This document shows, piece after piece, positions 16,222 to 26,300 of a stretch of DNA of 64,000 nucleotides (its first letter is position 1; each line of letters starts with the position of its first letter). Source of the DNA: a virus. The stretch lies in the IMG/VR virus record IMGVR_UViG_3300030098_002071, positions 13,759 through 77,758 of that record, one strand, 5' to 3'. The notes beneath the pieces are model-generated. The model was not told the DNA's origin. It saw only the letters and a program-made list of their open reading frames with translations, and did not search any database. Position numbers and translations under genes: made by a program.

Positions 16222-17775
16222 GTGGATATAGTAGAGAATAAAGCGTTACTTTTAAGGCTTAGAAATCCTGCGTTGGTGTTAGATCAAGTATCTAAGTCTA
16301 AGTTATACAAAAAATCTAATAGTAAAGGTATTAGTGAAGTTTTAGTTTATTGGGGCATAAAAGAATCTCAACAACTTACTGAAATAGGTGTTCAGAATGT
16401 GCCTTCACCTATAAAAACTAATTATGAGTGGTCGGGTAGATTTAAACCTTTTGACCACCAGATAGAGACATCTTCATTTCTTACACTACATAAACGGGCC
16501 TGTTGCTTTAATGAACAGGGTACAGGTAAGACTGCATCCGTTATTTGGGCGGCTGATTACCTAATGAAGCTAGGGTTAGTAAATAGGGTATTAGTTATAT
16601 GTCCACTATCCATTATGCAATCTGCTTGGATGGAAGATTTGTTTTCCTGTGCTATGCACAGAACAGCCGCAGTCTGTCACGGTAGGCGAAATAAAAGGGT
16701 AGAGGTTGTTGAGTCTGAAGCGGAATTTGTAATTATTAATTACGATGGCGTGGAGATAGTAAGAGATGAAATTAAAGATGGCGGGTTTGATTTAATAGTA
16801 GTTGACGAGGCTAACGCATATAAGAATGTGTCAACTAAACGGTGGAAAGTATTACGATCTTTAATAACAGACTCGACAAGATTATGGATGCTTACAGGTA
16901 CACCTGCATCTCAAAGTCCTGTAGACGCTTACGGGTTAGCTAAATTAGTTAACCCTACAAATGTACCTAGATTTTTGGGTAGATGGCGAGAAATGGTAAT
17001 GCGTAAGGTTACACAATTTAAATATATACCTAGAATTGAAGCTAAAGGATTAGTTTATAAGGCGTTACAACCAGCTATAAGATATACGAAAGAGGAGTGT
17101 TTAGATCTACCTGCTATAACTTATGTTACTAGGGATGTAGCTTTAACTGCACAACAAAATAAATATTATAAGCTAATGAAACAACGACTTATAGTTAATG
17201 CCGCAGGGGAAGATATAACAATGGTTAATGCCGCTGCCGCAATGAATAAGTTACTACAGTTATCTGGCGGCACTGTGTATTCCGATGAGGGAGAAATAAT
17301 TACTTTTGATGCCTCCCCTCGCATAAAAGTATTAGATGAGATAATAGAAGAGTCATCCCACAAGTTAATTATATTTGTGCCATATAGACACGCCATATTA
17401 ACTGTATCAGAACACTTAGAAAAATCAGGAATTACCTCCGAAATTATAAACGGTGCAGTCAGTGCATCAAAAAGAGCTGATATATTTAAAAGGTTTCAAG
17501 AAAAAGAAGACCCCGAAGTTTTAGTTATACAACCTCAAGCCGCATCACATGGCGTAACTTTGCATCGTGCGGATACAGTCGTGTATTGGAGTCCTGTCAT
17601 GTCTGTAGAGACTTACCTTCAGTGTAATGCTAGGGCTCATAGGGCAGGACAAAGAAATCCTGTTACTGTTATTCACCTACAGGGCAGTGAAGTTGAGAGG
17701 AAAGTATACAAAATGCTCCAAGATAAAATAGATATCCATTCAAATATTGTAAACTTATATAAAGATGTGTTATGA
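16222..17775 (+). CDS. SNF2-family helicase
   Basis: EQGTGKT, VVDEA, LTGTP, HGVTL, QCNARAHRAGQ. Confidence 0.92.
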   Translation: MDIVENKALLLRLRNPALVLDQVSKSKLYKKSNSKGISEVLVYWGIKESQQLTEIGVQNVPSPIKTNYEWSGRFKPFDHQIETSSFLTLHKRACCFNEQGTGKTASVIWAADYLMKLGLVNRVLVICPLSIMQSAWMEDLFSCAMHRTAAVCHGRRNKRVEVVESEAEFVIINYDGVEIVRDEIKDGGFDLIVVDEANAYKNVSTKRWKVLRSLITDSTRLWMLTGTPASQSPVDAYGLAKLVNPTNVPRFLGRWREMVMRKVTQFKYIPRIEAKGLVYKALQPAIRYTKEECLDLPAITYVTRDVALTAQQNKYYKLMKQRLIVNAAGEDITMVNAAAAMNKLLQLSGGTVYSDEGEIITFDASPRIKVLDEIIEESSHKLIIFVPYRHAILTVSEHLEKSGITSEIINGAVSASKRADIFKRFQEKEDPEVLVIQPQAASHGVTLHRADTVVYWSPVMSVETYLQCNARAHRAGQRNPVTVIHLQGSEVERKVYKMLQDKIDIHSNIVNLYKDVL

Positions 17776-17835
17776 TTGAATTTGTAGTATCAAATAATAA
17801 TAATATGCAGTTATATGTCACAAAATATATAGGAG

Positions 17836-18243
17836 ATGGTAATGGAAAAATCTGGAGTTTCTGCTGATGGACTTGTTAAGGCGTATGTCAATATACGTTC
17901 TAAACGGGAAGAACTGTCTAAAGAATATGATAGTAAAGACAGTGAATTAGCTTCTCAATTAAATTTAATTAAGGAAGAGTTGTTAAAGTTGTGTGCCTCT
18001 ATTGATGCAGATAGCATCAAGACAGGTAGTGGGACAATTACTCGTACCGTAAAGACTAAGTATATGACTACTGATTGGGAGTCTGTGTATGAGTTTATTA
18101 AAAAGAATGACGCAGTGGAGATATTAGAGAAGCGAATACATCAAGGTAATCTTAGGTCACTGATAGAAGAGAACCCTGATTTATTGCCTAAAGGTATGAA
18201 CTGCCTTAGAGAATATGCAATTACAGTTAGGAGATCAAGATAA
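17836..18243 (+). CDS. Conserved phage replication-module protein
   Basis: Coiled N-terminus, IKTGSGTI, DWESVYEFI; AGGAG RBS. Confidence 0.75.
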   Translation: MVMEKSGVSADGLVKAYVNIRSKREELSKEYDSKDSELASQLNLIKEELLKLCASIDADSIKTGSGTITRTVKTKYMTTDWESVYEFIKKNDAVEILEKRIHQGNLRSLIEENPDLLPKGMNCLREYAITVRRSR

Positions 18244-18506
18244 TGACTACGGTTTATGAAGCAAAGCAGGATGACACCCAAATGGTTACGATTGTACAGG
18301 TGGCTAAGTATCTAAACGTGAGTGTTAATACCATTAGAAGTCTTATAAGGAAAAATCAACTCCCTTTTGTAGTTGTAGGGGGAGCCTATAGATTTGACTT
18401 AGATGAAATTAAAAAAACTTTGAAGGATACTACGCCAGACAATCATAAAAATATATCCAGACGAGGTGATTTAAAATCAAATGAAGAAGATATTACTGAA
18501 GAATAG
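18243..18506 (+). CDS. Excisionase/MerR-like HTH DNA-binding protein
   Basis: TIVQVAKYLNVSVNTIRSLIRKNQLP..VVGGAYRF. Confidence 0.85.
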   Translation: MTTVYEAKQDDTQMVTIVQVAKYLNVSVNTIRSLIRKNQLPFVVVGGAYRFDLDEIKKTLKDTTPDNHKNISRRGDLKSNEEDITEE

Positions 18507-19116
18507 TAAATTTTCTATTTCTGAAAATGGGGAGTACGCTCCTGATAATTCTGCTGGTATTCATAAGTGGTTGATAGTTGGAGTTTCAGATACTATGCAT
18601 AGGACATGGTTTGCAAAAAAGATGGATTACGCAGATTCGCCTGATTGTTGGAGTAGTGATGGTGTCAAACCAGACGCAGATGTAGATGATGCTCCTAGTG
18701 ATTCTTGTAAAAAATGCAAGTATGATATAAAAGGGTCAGGAAATCACAATTCTAAAGCCTGTAAGTACAGCATAAGGTTAGCCGTAATGCTAGAGGGGGA
18801 TACAGATTATAATTTATACCAAGTTATACTATCTTCTGCCTCTATATTTGGGGAAGGCAGTATAGGAAAACATCCCTATAATGCTTACGTGAAACACTTG
18901 AAGAAGTATAAGTTAGGCGTTACACATGTAGTAACAGAAGTTAGATTTGATGAGGAGCATTATACTCCTAGAGTTTTGTTTCGTCCTTTACGGGCGGTAA
19001 CTGAGGAAGAGTATAACACTGTCTCCACGAAAGGCAGTGAAACAAAAGATTTAACAAAATTAGTAGTTGAAAAGAATACTGATATGCAGTTTACGAAAAT
19101 TGTAGATCATGTATAA
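18481..19116 (+). CDS. Cys-containing putative ssDNA-binding/annealing protein
   Basis: PDCWSSDG..PD...CKKC...KGSG...KAC...RLAV motif of conserved phage replication-module proteins. Confidence 0.55.
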   Translation: MKKILLKNSKFSISENGEYAPDNSAGIHKWLIVGVSDTMHRTWFAKKMDYADSPDCWSSDGVKPDADVDDAPSDSCKKCKYDIKGSGNHNSKACKYSIRLAVMLEGDTDYNLYQVILSSASIFGEGSIGKHPYNAYVKHLKKYKLGVTHVVTEVRFDEEHYTPRVLFRPLRAVTEEEYNTVSTKGSETKDLTKLVVEKNTDMQFTKIVDHV

Positions 19117-19150
19117 AACCAAAATTTAAATTAAACATAGGAGATGTATT

Positions 19151-19717
19151 ATGGCAGAAGCCAAAAAATTACTATCTGAGCCTCGTAACTTTCGCATGAA
19201 TAATGTGGAGCTTAATTGGCCTAAGTTGGTAAAAGCTGTTAATCCTTTTGGGACAGAACAGTGGGAGTTACAAATTGCTACTACTGATAAAAAGGTAGCA
19301 GACGAATGGGAGAATAATTATTTTAAGGTTAAGTTTGACAAAGAGGGTAAAAAGTACACAGTCAATCTTAAACGAAAGGTATATAGGGCTGACGGCAGTG
19401 AGAATAAACCTGTACGGGTGGTCGATGCTTCAGTTAAACCAATAGATGCTACTAATTTAGGTAATGGTTCTATGGGTAACGTATTGGTTTATCAATATCC
19501 TTACGAAACTGCAGGGCGTACTGGAGTAGCAGCATCATTAACAGCAGTCCAAGTAATTAAGTTTGAGGAGTATACGGGTGGGGGAGAAGACTTTGAAGTT
19601 GTAGATACGTCTGATGCCCTAGATGAACCTACTAAACGTCCTAGTAAAAAAGATAAAACTCCACCGAAGAATGTGGGGGATGTAGTAAAAGATTGGTCTC
19701 AAGAGTCTGACGACTAA
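19151..19717 (+). CDS. Single-stranded DNA-binding protein (T7 gp2.5/DUF2815-like)
   Basis: LGNGS.GNV...L.AVQVIKF.EY motif with acidic tail. Confidence 0.75.
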   Translation: MAEAKKLLSEPRNFRMNNVELNWPKLVKAVNPFGTEQWELQIATTDKKVADEWENNYFKVKFDKEGKKYTVNLKRKVYRADGSENKPVRVVDASVKPIDATNLGNGSMGNVLVYQYPYETAGRTGVAASLTAVQVIKFEEYTGGGEDFEVVDTSDALDEPTKRPSKKDKTPPKNVGDVVKDWSQESDD

Positions 19718-19729
19718 CATTTTGTTTTT

Positions 19730-19798
19730 TGAGATGGGAGCTTTGGGTAAGTTTTTTCTACCTCTTACTTTCGTGGCTTACTTAGAGCTCTCAACTCA
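19730..19798 (+). other. Long intergenic RNA hairpin
   Basis: 19735-19752 pairs fully with 19776-19793 when G-U pairs are allowed; 23-nt pyrimidine-rich loop. Confidence 0.65.
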
Positions 19799-19816
19799 TT
19801 TATTTAGGGGGGTTAC

Positions 19817-20026
19817 ATGGCATATTCTAGGAGAAGTTTAGGAGAACGTTTAGGAGATTGTTGCGTTCGTTTGAAAATAACAGCTACTGATATATCTATA
19901 TTGTTAAATGTATCTAGGCCAACACTATCATCTTGGTTTGAGGGGACTACTTCACCGACACAAGATATACATATTCATAAAGTTAAAATTCTATTGGCTA
20001 TGTTAGATAGAGCAGAAAACAGATAA
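19817..20026 (+). CDS. XRE/Cro-type HTH protein
   Basis: TATDISILLNVSRPTLSSWFEG...P. Confidence 0.75.
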   Translation: MAYSRRSLGERLGDCCVRLKITATDISILLNVSRPTLSSWFEGTTSPTQDIHIHKVKILLAMLDRAENR

Positions 20027-20037
20027 AGGCGGTTGTT

Positions 20038-23000
20038 ATGGACTCTGAAGAATTTTTAAATCATGTGTTACCTGATAATAATGGGGACATATGCTATAAC
20101 CTGACCTGTATAGGTAAAGGCACTAAACAATATTTTTACGACACTATAGAGGAAGCGGCAAAGCAAGCGTTGGTTTTTAGTGAGGAAGAACTAGACGTAT
20201 ATTATGGATTTGCAGGTTTTGATGTAGAGGTCTTAGAAAGATATAAGAAAGGTGAGCGAAAGAATTTAAGGACAGCTGATAATGCTAAATTATTTAAATG
20301 TCTTGCATTAGATATAGATGTAGATGAAAGCGGCTCAAAAATTAATACATATGAGAGCTTAGAAAAAGCAGGGGAAGCACTAAACAAATTTATTACCAAT
20401 AATAATTTACCGATGCCTTTGATTGTATGTTCGGGGCGTGGGCTACACGTTTATCAAGTTTTTACCAACGCAATCCCCCACGACAAGTGGCACAAACTAG
20501 CTACTGCGTACAAAAACCTAGCTATAGAACAGAATCTAATAATAGACCCGTCTGTAACTGCAGATGCGGCTCGTATACTAAGAGTAGTTGGGACTTTTAA
20601 TAACAAGGGAGAAGTAGGTGTTCCAGTTATTGTATTAAATGAAGGGGATGATCCGAGAGCATACACATACTGGAGAAATAAATTAAATACAAGCAGTGCG
20701 GAAACAGTAGTAGAAGAAACTCCTTCAGAACCTAGTGATGCACCTTTAGTGGCTCATAATATTATAGGGCGTAAGGATGATGAACTTTCCTCTACTGTTA
20801 AATATAGTTGGAAGATAATAAAAGAGAGTAGAAACTGTCAGCAAATAAATTTCATGTACGACCACAAAAATGAGGTATCAGAACCTCTCTGGAGATGTGG
20901 TACAGGGGTAGCAACATTTTGTATAGACAGAGATTTTGCGATACATGATTTATCTAAAGGGTATGAAGGGTACGATCCAGAGGAGACTAAGAAGAAAGCA
21001 GATGGGATTAAGTACGGCCCCATCTCTTGCTTAGAGTTTGAAAAACAAAACCCAAACGGGTGTAAGGGATGTGAGTTTAAGTCAAGAAAAGGTAGTAAAG
21101 GCCCACTTAAAAGCCCCATTCTTTTAGGGGCGACAGTAGAGCAAGTTGCTTCTGAGGAGCGTGTTGTACTCGATAAAGACACAGGTATAGAGAAAAAAAT
21201 ATCAATGCCTAAGGATTTACCAGATGGGTATATTAGGAGTGAGAAAGGCATATTTAAAATACGTGAAGGTGACTTACCTCCTTTAGCTATATATCCTGAT
21301 GATTTCTGGGTGCAGGAACGTCTGTATAGTCGGGTTGATGGTCATATGATTAGTTTAGTTCATATATTCCCGCACAAAAATGATGGTATAGAGCAATGGG
21401 TTATGCCTTATGATTTTAAGAGCCATGTTAGTGAGTTAAGTAAACATGGAATAGTGATGGCTACTAAAAAAGAAGAAAACTATATTATGGAATATATAGC
21501 AGCTTGGATTAATAAATTAAAAACAGAAAGAGCATATGGACAAGCGTATGTCCAGATGGGTTGGCAGGATGGGCAAGTTATCGAGGGGTCTAGTGATAAT
21601 GAAATAGAATTTCATACCTCGTTTATTTTAGGTAGGAGAAAGTTTACAGCAGGGGGAGTTGCGGAGTTACCTTTTGAAGAAGGCATTGGTAAATTAATTA
21701 GTGGTGGAGAAAATTCTATTATTGAGGATGATTACATAAAGAATGCTACAAATGTACAGGTTGCATCTATATCATCTACTTTAGAACAGACAGCTAGAGC
21801 TTTTCCTAAGAAAGGTAGCTTGGAGAAATGGACTAAAGCTATTCAGCAGTTATACTCAAGGGATCGGACAGGGCTAAAAGCAGGGGAAGAGGACGGGGAA
21901 GAGACTAAACGTTTTGTCATGGGTTATGGTCTAGCTAGTCCTTTATTTAAATTTACTCCTATTCGTTCTGCTCTATTACACATGGTATCCGGTACTACTG
22001 GAAGTGGTAAGACTAGCACGTTGAGAGCTGTTGCTTCTATATGGGGACACCCAAAGGATGCGTTGAGTCAAGGTGGGGATACTACTTTTAGTTGGTTCCA
22101 AAAGCTAGGCGAGTTTAATAGTGTGCCGTTCTTTATAGACGAGATAACTGAAATGAACCCTAAAGCAATGTCTCAGCTTATATACAGTCTGTCACATGGT
22201 AAAGGACGAGACAGGATGGAAGGTAGCACCAATAGGCTGAGAGTAAATGAAACCACTTGGTGTACTGGAGTTATTACAACTGCTAATACAGAAGTTTCTT
22301 CTGTGTTAAAGAGTATGAAAAATAGGCCAGAAGCAGAATTGGCTAGGATGTTAGAGATACCTGTAATCGATAATGATTTAACTCTACAAGAAAACACTAA
22401 ACTAGTAAGTAGTCTAGATCATAATCACGGTCTTGCGGCAGAAAAATTTATACCTTGGGTTCTTGCTAACCAAGTAGAGTGTGAACGAATTGTCTCAGAA
22501 GTTACTGAAAAGATCGTTAAAGAATGTAATCTGGATAAGCGGCATCGTTTTAAAGCTGCTATGGGTGGTGTTGCTATTGCAGGACTACTGATAGGTAATA
22601 AACTAGGGATATGGGATTTTGAAGTAAAAAGCACTTTCCAGTGGTTCGTTAATATGTTGCTTAGTAACAAAGAAGATGAGGGTACTGATAGGGATAGAGA
22701 GACGAGATCACAAGAAGATTGTTTAAGTATTTTAGGTGAGTTTTTTAACGAGCATAGACCCAATACATTACAAGTAGATGATTCAGATGATTATACAGAC
22801 GGATTGAAAGAACTGATAAACGTGGGAGGGAAGAGATTGCGACCGGAGGCGTTATATATAAGAGATGAGGTACATAGCAAACAGATTGTCGTCATTAGGT
22901 CTCGGTTATTAAATTGGTGTAATGAAAACGCTGTACAATTTAAAGAGTTAATAAATGATATAGCATCTATAAAAGATGGGAAGGGTAACAGTGCAGTATT

Positions 23001-23124
23001 AGAAAAAAACAAGCAAATGAGGATAGGTAAAGGGCATAAGGATGGGGCAGTTGATTTAAATATTCCTTGTGTTGTGTTTGACGCTACAAAACTAATACCA
23101 CTAGACGATGATGACTCCGCATAA
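20038..23124 (+). CDS. Primase-helicase (RepB/AEP-like primase plus DUF927 P-loop domain)
   Basis: LDID and SGRGLHVY primase motifs, ARILRVVGT, Cys cluster, Walker A GTTGSGKT, Walker B FFIDE, GKGRDRM. Confidence 0.88.
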   Translation: MDSEEFLNHVLPDNNGDICYNLTCIGKGTKQYFYDTIEEAAKQALVFSEEELDVYYGFAGFDVEVLERYKKGERKNLRTADNAKLFKCLALDIDVDESGSKINTYESLEKAGEALNKFITNNNLPMPLIVCSGRGLHVYQVFTNAIPHDKWHKLATAYKNLAIEQNLIIDPSVTADAARILRVVGTFNNKGEVGVPVIVLNEGDDPRAYTYWRNKLNTSSAETVVEETPSEPSDAPLVAHNIIGRKDDELSSTVKYSWKIIKESRNCQQINFMYDHKNEVSEPLWRCGTGVATFCIDRDFAIHDLSKGYEGYDPEETKKKADGIKYGPISCLEFEKQNPNGCKGCEFKSRKGSKGPLKSPILLGATVEQVASEERVVLDKDTGIEKKISMPKDLPDGYIRSEKGIFKIREGDLPPLAIYPDDFWVQERLYSRVDGHMISLVHIFPHKNDGIEQWVMPYDFKSHVSELSKHGIVMATKKEENYIMEYIAAWINKLKTERAYGQAYVQMGWQDGQVIEGSSDNEIEFHTSFILGRRKFTAGGVAELPFEEGIGKLISGGENSIIEDDYIKNATNVQVASISSTLEQTARAFPKKGSLEKWTKAIQQLYSRDRTGLKAGEEDGEETKRFVMGYGLASPLFKFTPIRSALLHMVSGTTGSGKTSTLRAVASIWGHPKDALSQGGDTTFSWFQKLGEFNSVPFFIDEITEMNPKAMSQLIYSLSHGKGRDRMEGSTNRLRVNETTWCTGVITTANTEVSSVLKSMKNRPEAELARMLEIPVIDNDLTLQENTKLVSSLDHNHGLAAEKFIPWVLANQVECERIVSEVTEKIVKECNLDKRHRFKAAMGGVAIAGLLIGNKLGIWDFEVKSTFQWFVNMLLSNKEDEGTDRDRETRSQEDCLSILGEFFNEHRPNTLQVDDSDDYTDGLKELINVGGKRLRPEALYIRDEVHSKQIVVIRSRLLNWCNENAVQFKELINDIASIKDGKGNSAVLEKNKQMRIGKGHKDGAVDLNIPCVVFDATKLIPLDDDDSA

Positions 23125-23344
23125 GATAATCGGTTCGTTATCTCAGTTTAACTTAGAGGGAACTCCTGTACACATAGACTGGATGGCGTTTCATGTGGGT
23201 ACTAGTTTTTTCTTGCCTTGTTGTAGATGCATAGCTTTAAAAAATGAAATAGTAAACAAAGCCATTGTAGCTGGACTAGAAGTAGACTCCAGAATAGTAA
23301 TAGAAAATGAAGTAAGGGGCGTAAGAACTTGGAGACTATCTTGA
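23108..23344 (+). CDS. Hypothetical protein (GVRTWR C-terminus, possible DNA binding)
   Basis: IDW..F.VGTSFFLPC...GVRTWR; last gene of the + strand operon. Confidence 0.65.
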   Translation: MMTPHKIIGSLSQFNLEGTPVHIDWMAFHVGTSFFLPCCRCIALKNEIVNKAIVAGLEVDSRIVIENEVRGVRTWRLS

Positions 23345-23349
23345 AGGTT

Positions 23350-26300
23350 TTACCCCCCGCTAAAAAATAGGTCATTAAAGTTGACATCGTGATCGAACTC
23401 TCCGAAATCTTCAAGAGCACTTGCTCTATACCTTTTAGGTACAGATATCCCCCACATCATGCCTCCCTCCATAGTAGAGGCTTTAGCTCTTGATTTTAGT
23501 CTACGCTCTATAGACTTAGGTGTTAAGTTAGTTCTTGGGTCTTTTACTCCAAGTTCTAAGAGTTCTTGATAAGTATCTAAAAATAATTCTGTATCATAAG
23601 TGCGTCTAGCTAAGAATAATTTGTTCATAAGTCGGCTCTCCAACCCACGAATCTCGTTTTGTATTCGTTTTTGCTGTGCATTAGCTTCAGCTACCATCAT
23701 TACTGATTTTGGTGAGAACCCTAAAAGTTGCATGCCTACGTTATACCCTGACACATTCCCTACCATTGTATCGCCTCTAATAGTTTTTGCTCCGTCACTA
23801 GCGTACCTGTAACTTTTAAGGGCATTTCTAAAAGCTAATGGCAGCATGGTTTCTATTCCTCTTGCAGTGTGCCCATTTAACATTAAATTAGCACCTTTTT
23901 CTGTTTGGGTTGCAATACTATATGGAGCTCCTAGTAACTGAGTAAGTATTCTGTCTGTTAGATATACATTCCTGCTTGTATCTGCAAGACCATCTCTAAT
24001 AACAAGATCATTCCAACCTACTCTACTTGAAAAGGATATTCCAAAGGCTTTATCAAATAATGACTCTCCAAAAAACTTTCTAGTTTTAGTTTCAAAATCT
24101 TCTTCGCCTTCTTCTTTTAGTATGTCATGCACTAGTTCTGGAATCCAAAACATAGGTATACCGTGGACTCCTGCTAATAAAGCTGAAGCCCCTATTACTC
24201 CTGATAATTGGAATCTAGCTATACGAGCTTCTGCACGTTCTTCGGGAGTCATACCTTTTCTAGGGAATGCATTCGCCATCATACGGAACAGTAAGGTATA
24301 CATAGCAAAACCGTAAGATTTAAATATAGTAAATACTTTACCTACGTTTGTTTGGGATATTTGTGACGTTGCCCCTAGAGCTGTTGCTCCATGCATTTCC
24401 TGTATACCGTTAGCCATTTGTCTAACTATGCGTCCTAACTCAGAATCTCTGTTCGCATTTCCCTCATCTAGACTCTCAGCTATAGGTTTACCTCCCCACA
24501 TCCCATTAACTATTTTTTTATTCTTTTTAGCTTTAAGTATTTCCATTTGTAATATAGACAGGGCTGTTACTTCCCTACTAAATTGTTCTGCTGCATTAAA
24601 TACTGTCCCACTAAGTTTTAAAAGTTTGCCTTGTGCTCTTTTTATTTTATTAAATTGGGTTGAGTATCGAGATATATCTAAATAATCAAACATAGTGGAT
24701 GTGCCTATGTGATTATGAGTACGTAAATCTTCTAGTACAGCTTTTACTGTACCTGCAGGGGCTCCTATTTCTTTATCTATTTGGCTAAGTCTTTTATCAG
24801 AGTAGTTGAGCATACTTGGGTTACTAGATACAGTATGAGTTTTACCTGACAGATCAGTTACATCTCTTGAAAAACCAGTTCCCATGACATACCGCATAGA
24901 TTTAAGTATGGCTCGTCCCCCACCGGGGCCATATCTTCCTAGTAACATAGGGATAATAACTAAAGGTATTTGGGTAAACTGCATGAAGCCTGATGATATG
25001 TTAAGCCCTAGCATCCAATGGAAACTTGTTGCGGTCATAAAATTAGTCAAACGACTAAAGTTAGGATTTTTTGCGAACTCAACTTGTTTTGCAATTTTAT
25101 CAGCGTAATATGTTGCTTCTTCTGCTCCTAACGGAAATGCAATATCCCCTTGGCTACCTTGATTTTCTTCTATGTGGGCTCTTATCTCCCCCATAGTAGA
25201 TGTCATTTTACTATTAAACTGTATAGCTGATATTTTATTTATCATGCCGTCTGTAGACTGAACAAAAGTTCTAGCAATATCTCTAGATGCTCCTTGTATA
25301 GAAGGTTTTGATCTTAGCCTAACTTTACCCGCCATAACAACTTCAGGCATAGACGCTATAAGCAAATCAAGAAATTCTTTTTTCTGTTCTTTAACAAGTC
25401 TAATTGACTCTATGTTTCCTTCTTTCTCTACGACTTTTATATTGTCGTCTAGGGTCTTTACAAACCCTCTTAGTAAACTATCAGGAGGAATGTTTTTTTC
25501 AAAACTAGCGTCATAACTTTCTTGAAATTTAATAATCCCGTCCATTTTACTCAACGTTATTTTTTGGTCTACAGTTAAACCTTCTTGTATATTGCCAAGC
25601 TCCTCAATAGTTGCTGTTGCTTCTTGTTGAGTTACCCCATCAACCCTTGCAATTTTATCTATCGCTGCATTAAGTTCGTCAACTGTTGCATCTGCTATTT
25701 CTCTCGTATCTATTCCATATCGACTGCGGCTCTCGTAGAGTTTAAAAACTTGAGTTCTTAACTGAGGATCAGTTATATTTGAAGCATACTCATTTATTAA
25801 TTCATTTATTTTATCGTTACGTCTAGCTTCTGTTTCAAAGTGTTCTACCCCTCGCATAGGTTCAGTGGACGTACCCGCATCTGATTTATTAATTTGAAGT
25901 TTAGTAGGATGGGTGTAGCTTAACCTAAATGCACCAAATCTACCTAAAGCAAAATACGGGTCAATCATTGCTCGGTTTATTATGTTGTTTTGTAGGTTTG
26001 TTATGATGTTTCTTTTTTCTTCGGGCTGTAGTTGCAACCTATTTACAACAGGCTGTATTTGTTTCTTTATTTCATTCCACAAAGTTTTATAAGATTCCTC
26101 CATTTGATTATATGCTTCTTTATATTCTGGAGAGAGTGCGTTGTACCTATCTTGTAGTTCTTTATGTTCTGCTAATGCAGCTTCTAACCCCTCATTGTAT
26201 AAACCGTCTGCATTACTTATAATCTTTGCTTTCATCTTTTTATACATCTCGCCCGATTCGGCAGTCTCATCAAGATTTCCCTCTGAATCATAAGCTCGAA

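Noticed and set aside
18243-18506. Excisionase as proof of a prophage
   Set aside because: No integrase, att site or host flank is visible, and such HTH genes are common in replication modules.
5355-23012. - strand ORFs inside early and replication genes (e.g. 5384-5773, 9187-9492, 14689-15081, 20838-21251)
   Set aside because: Antisense shadows of well-supported + strand genes.
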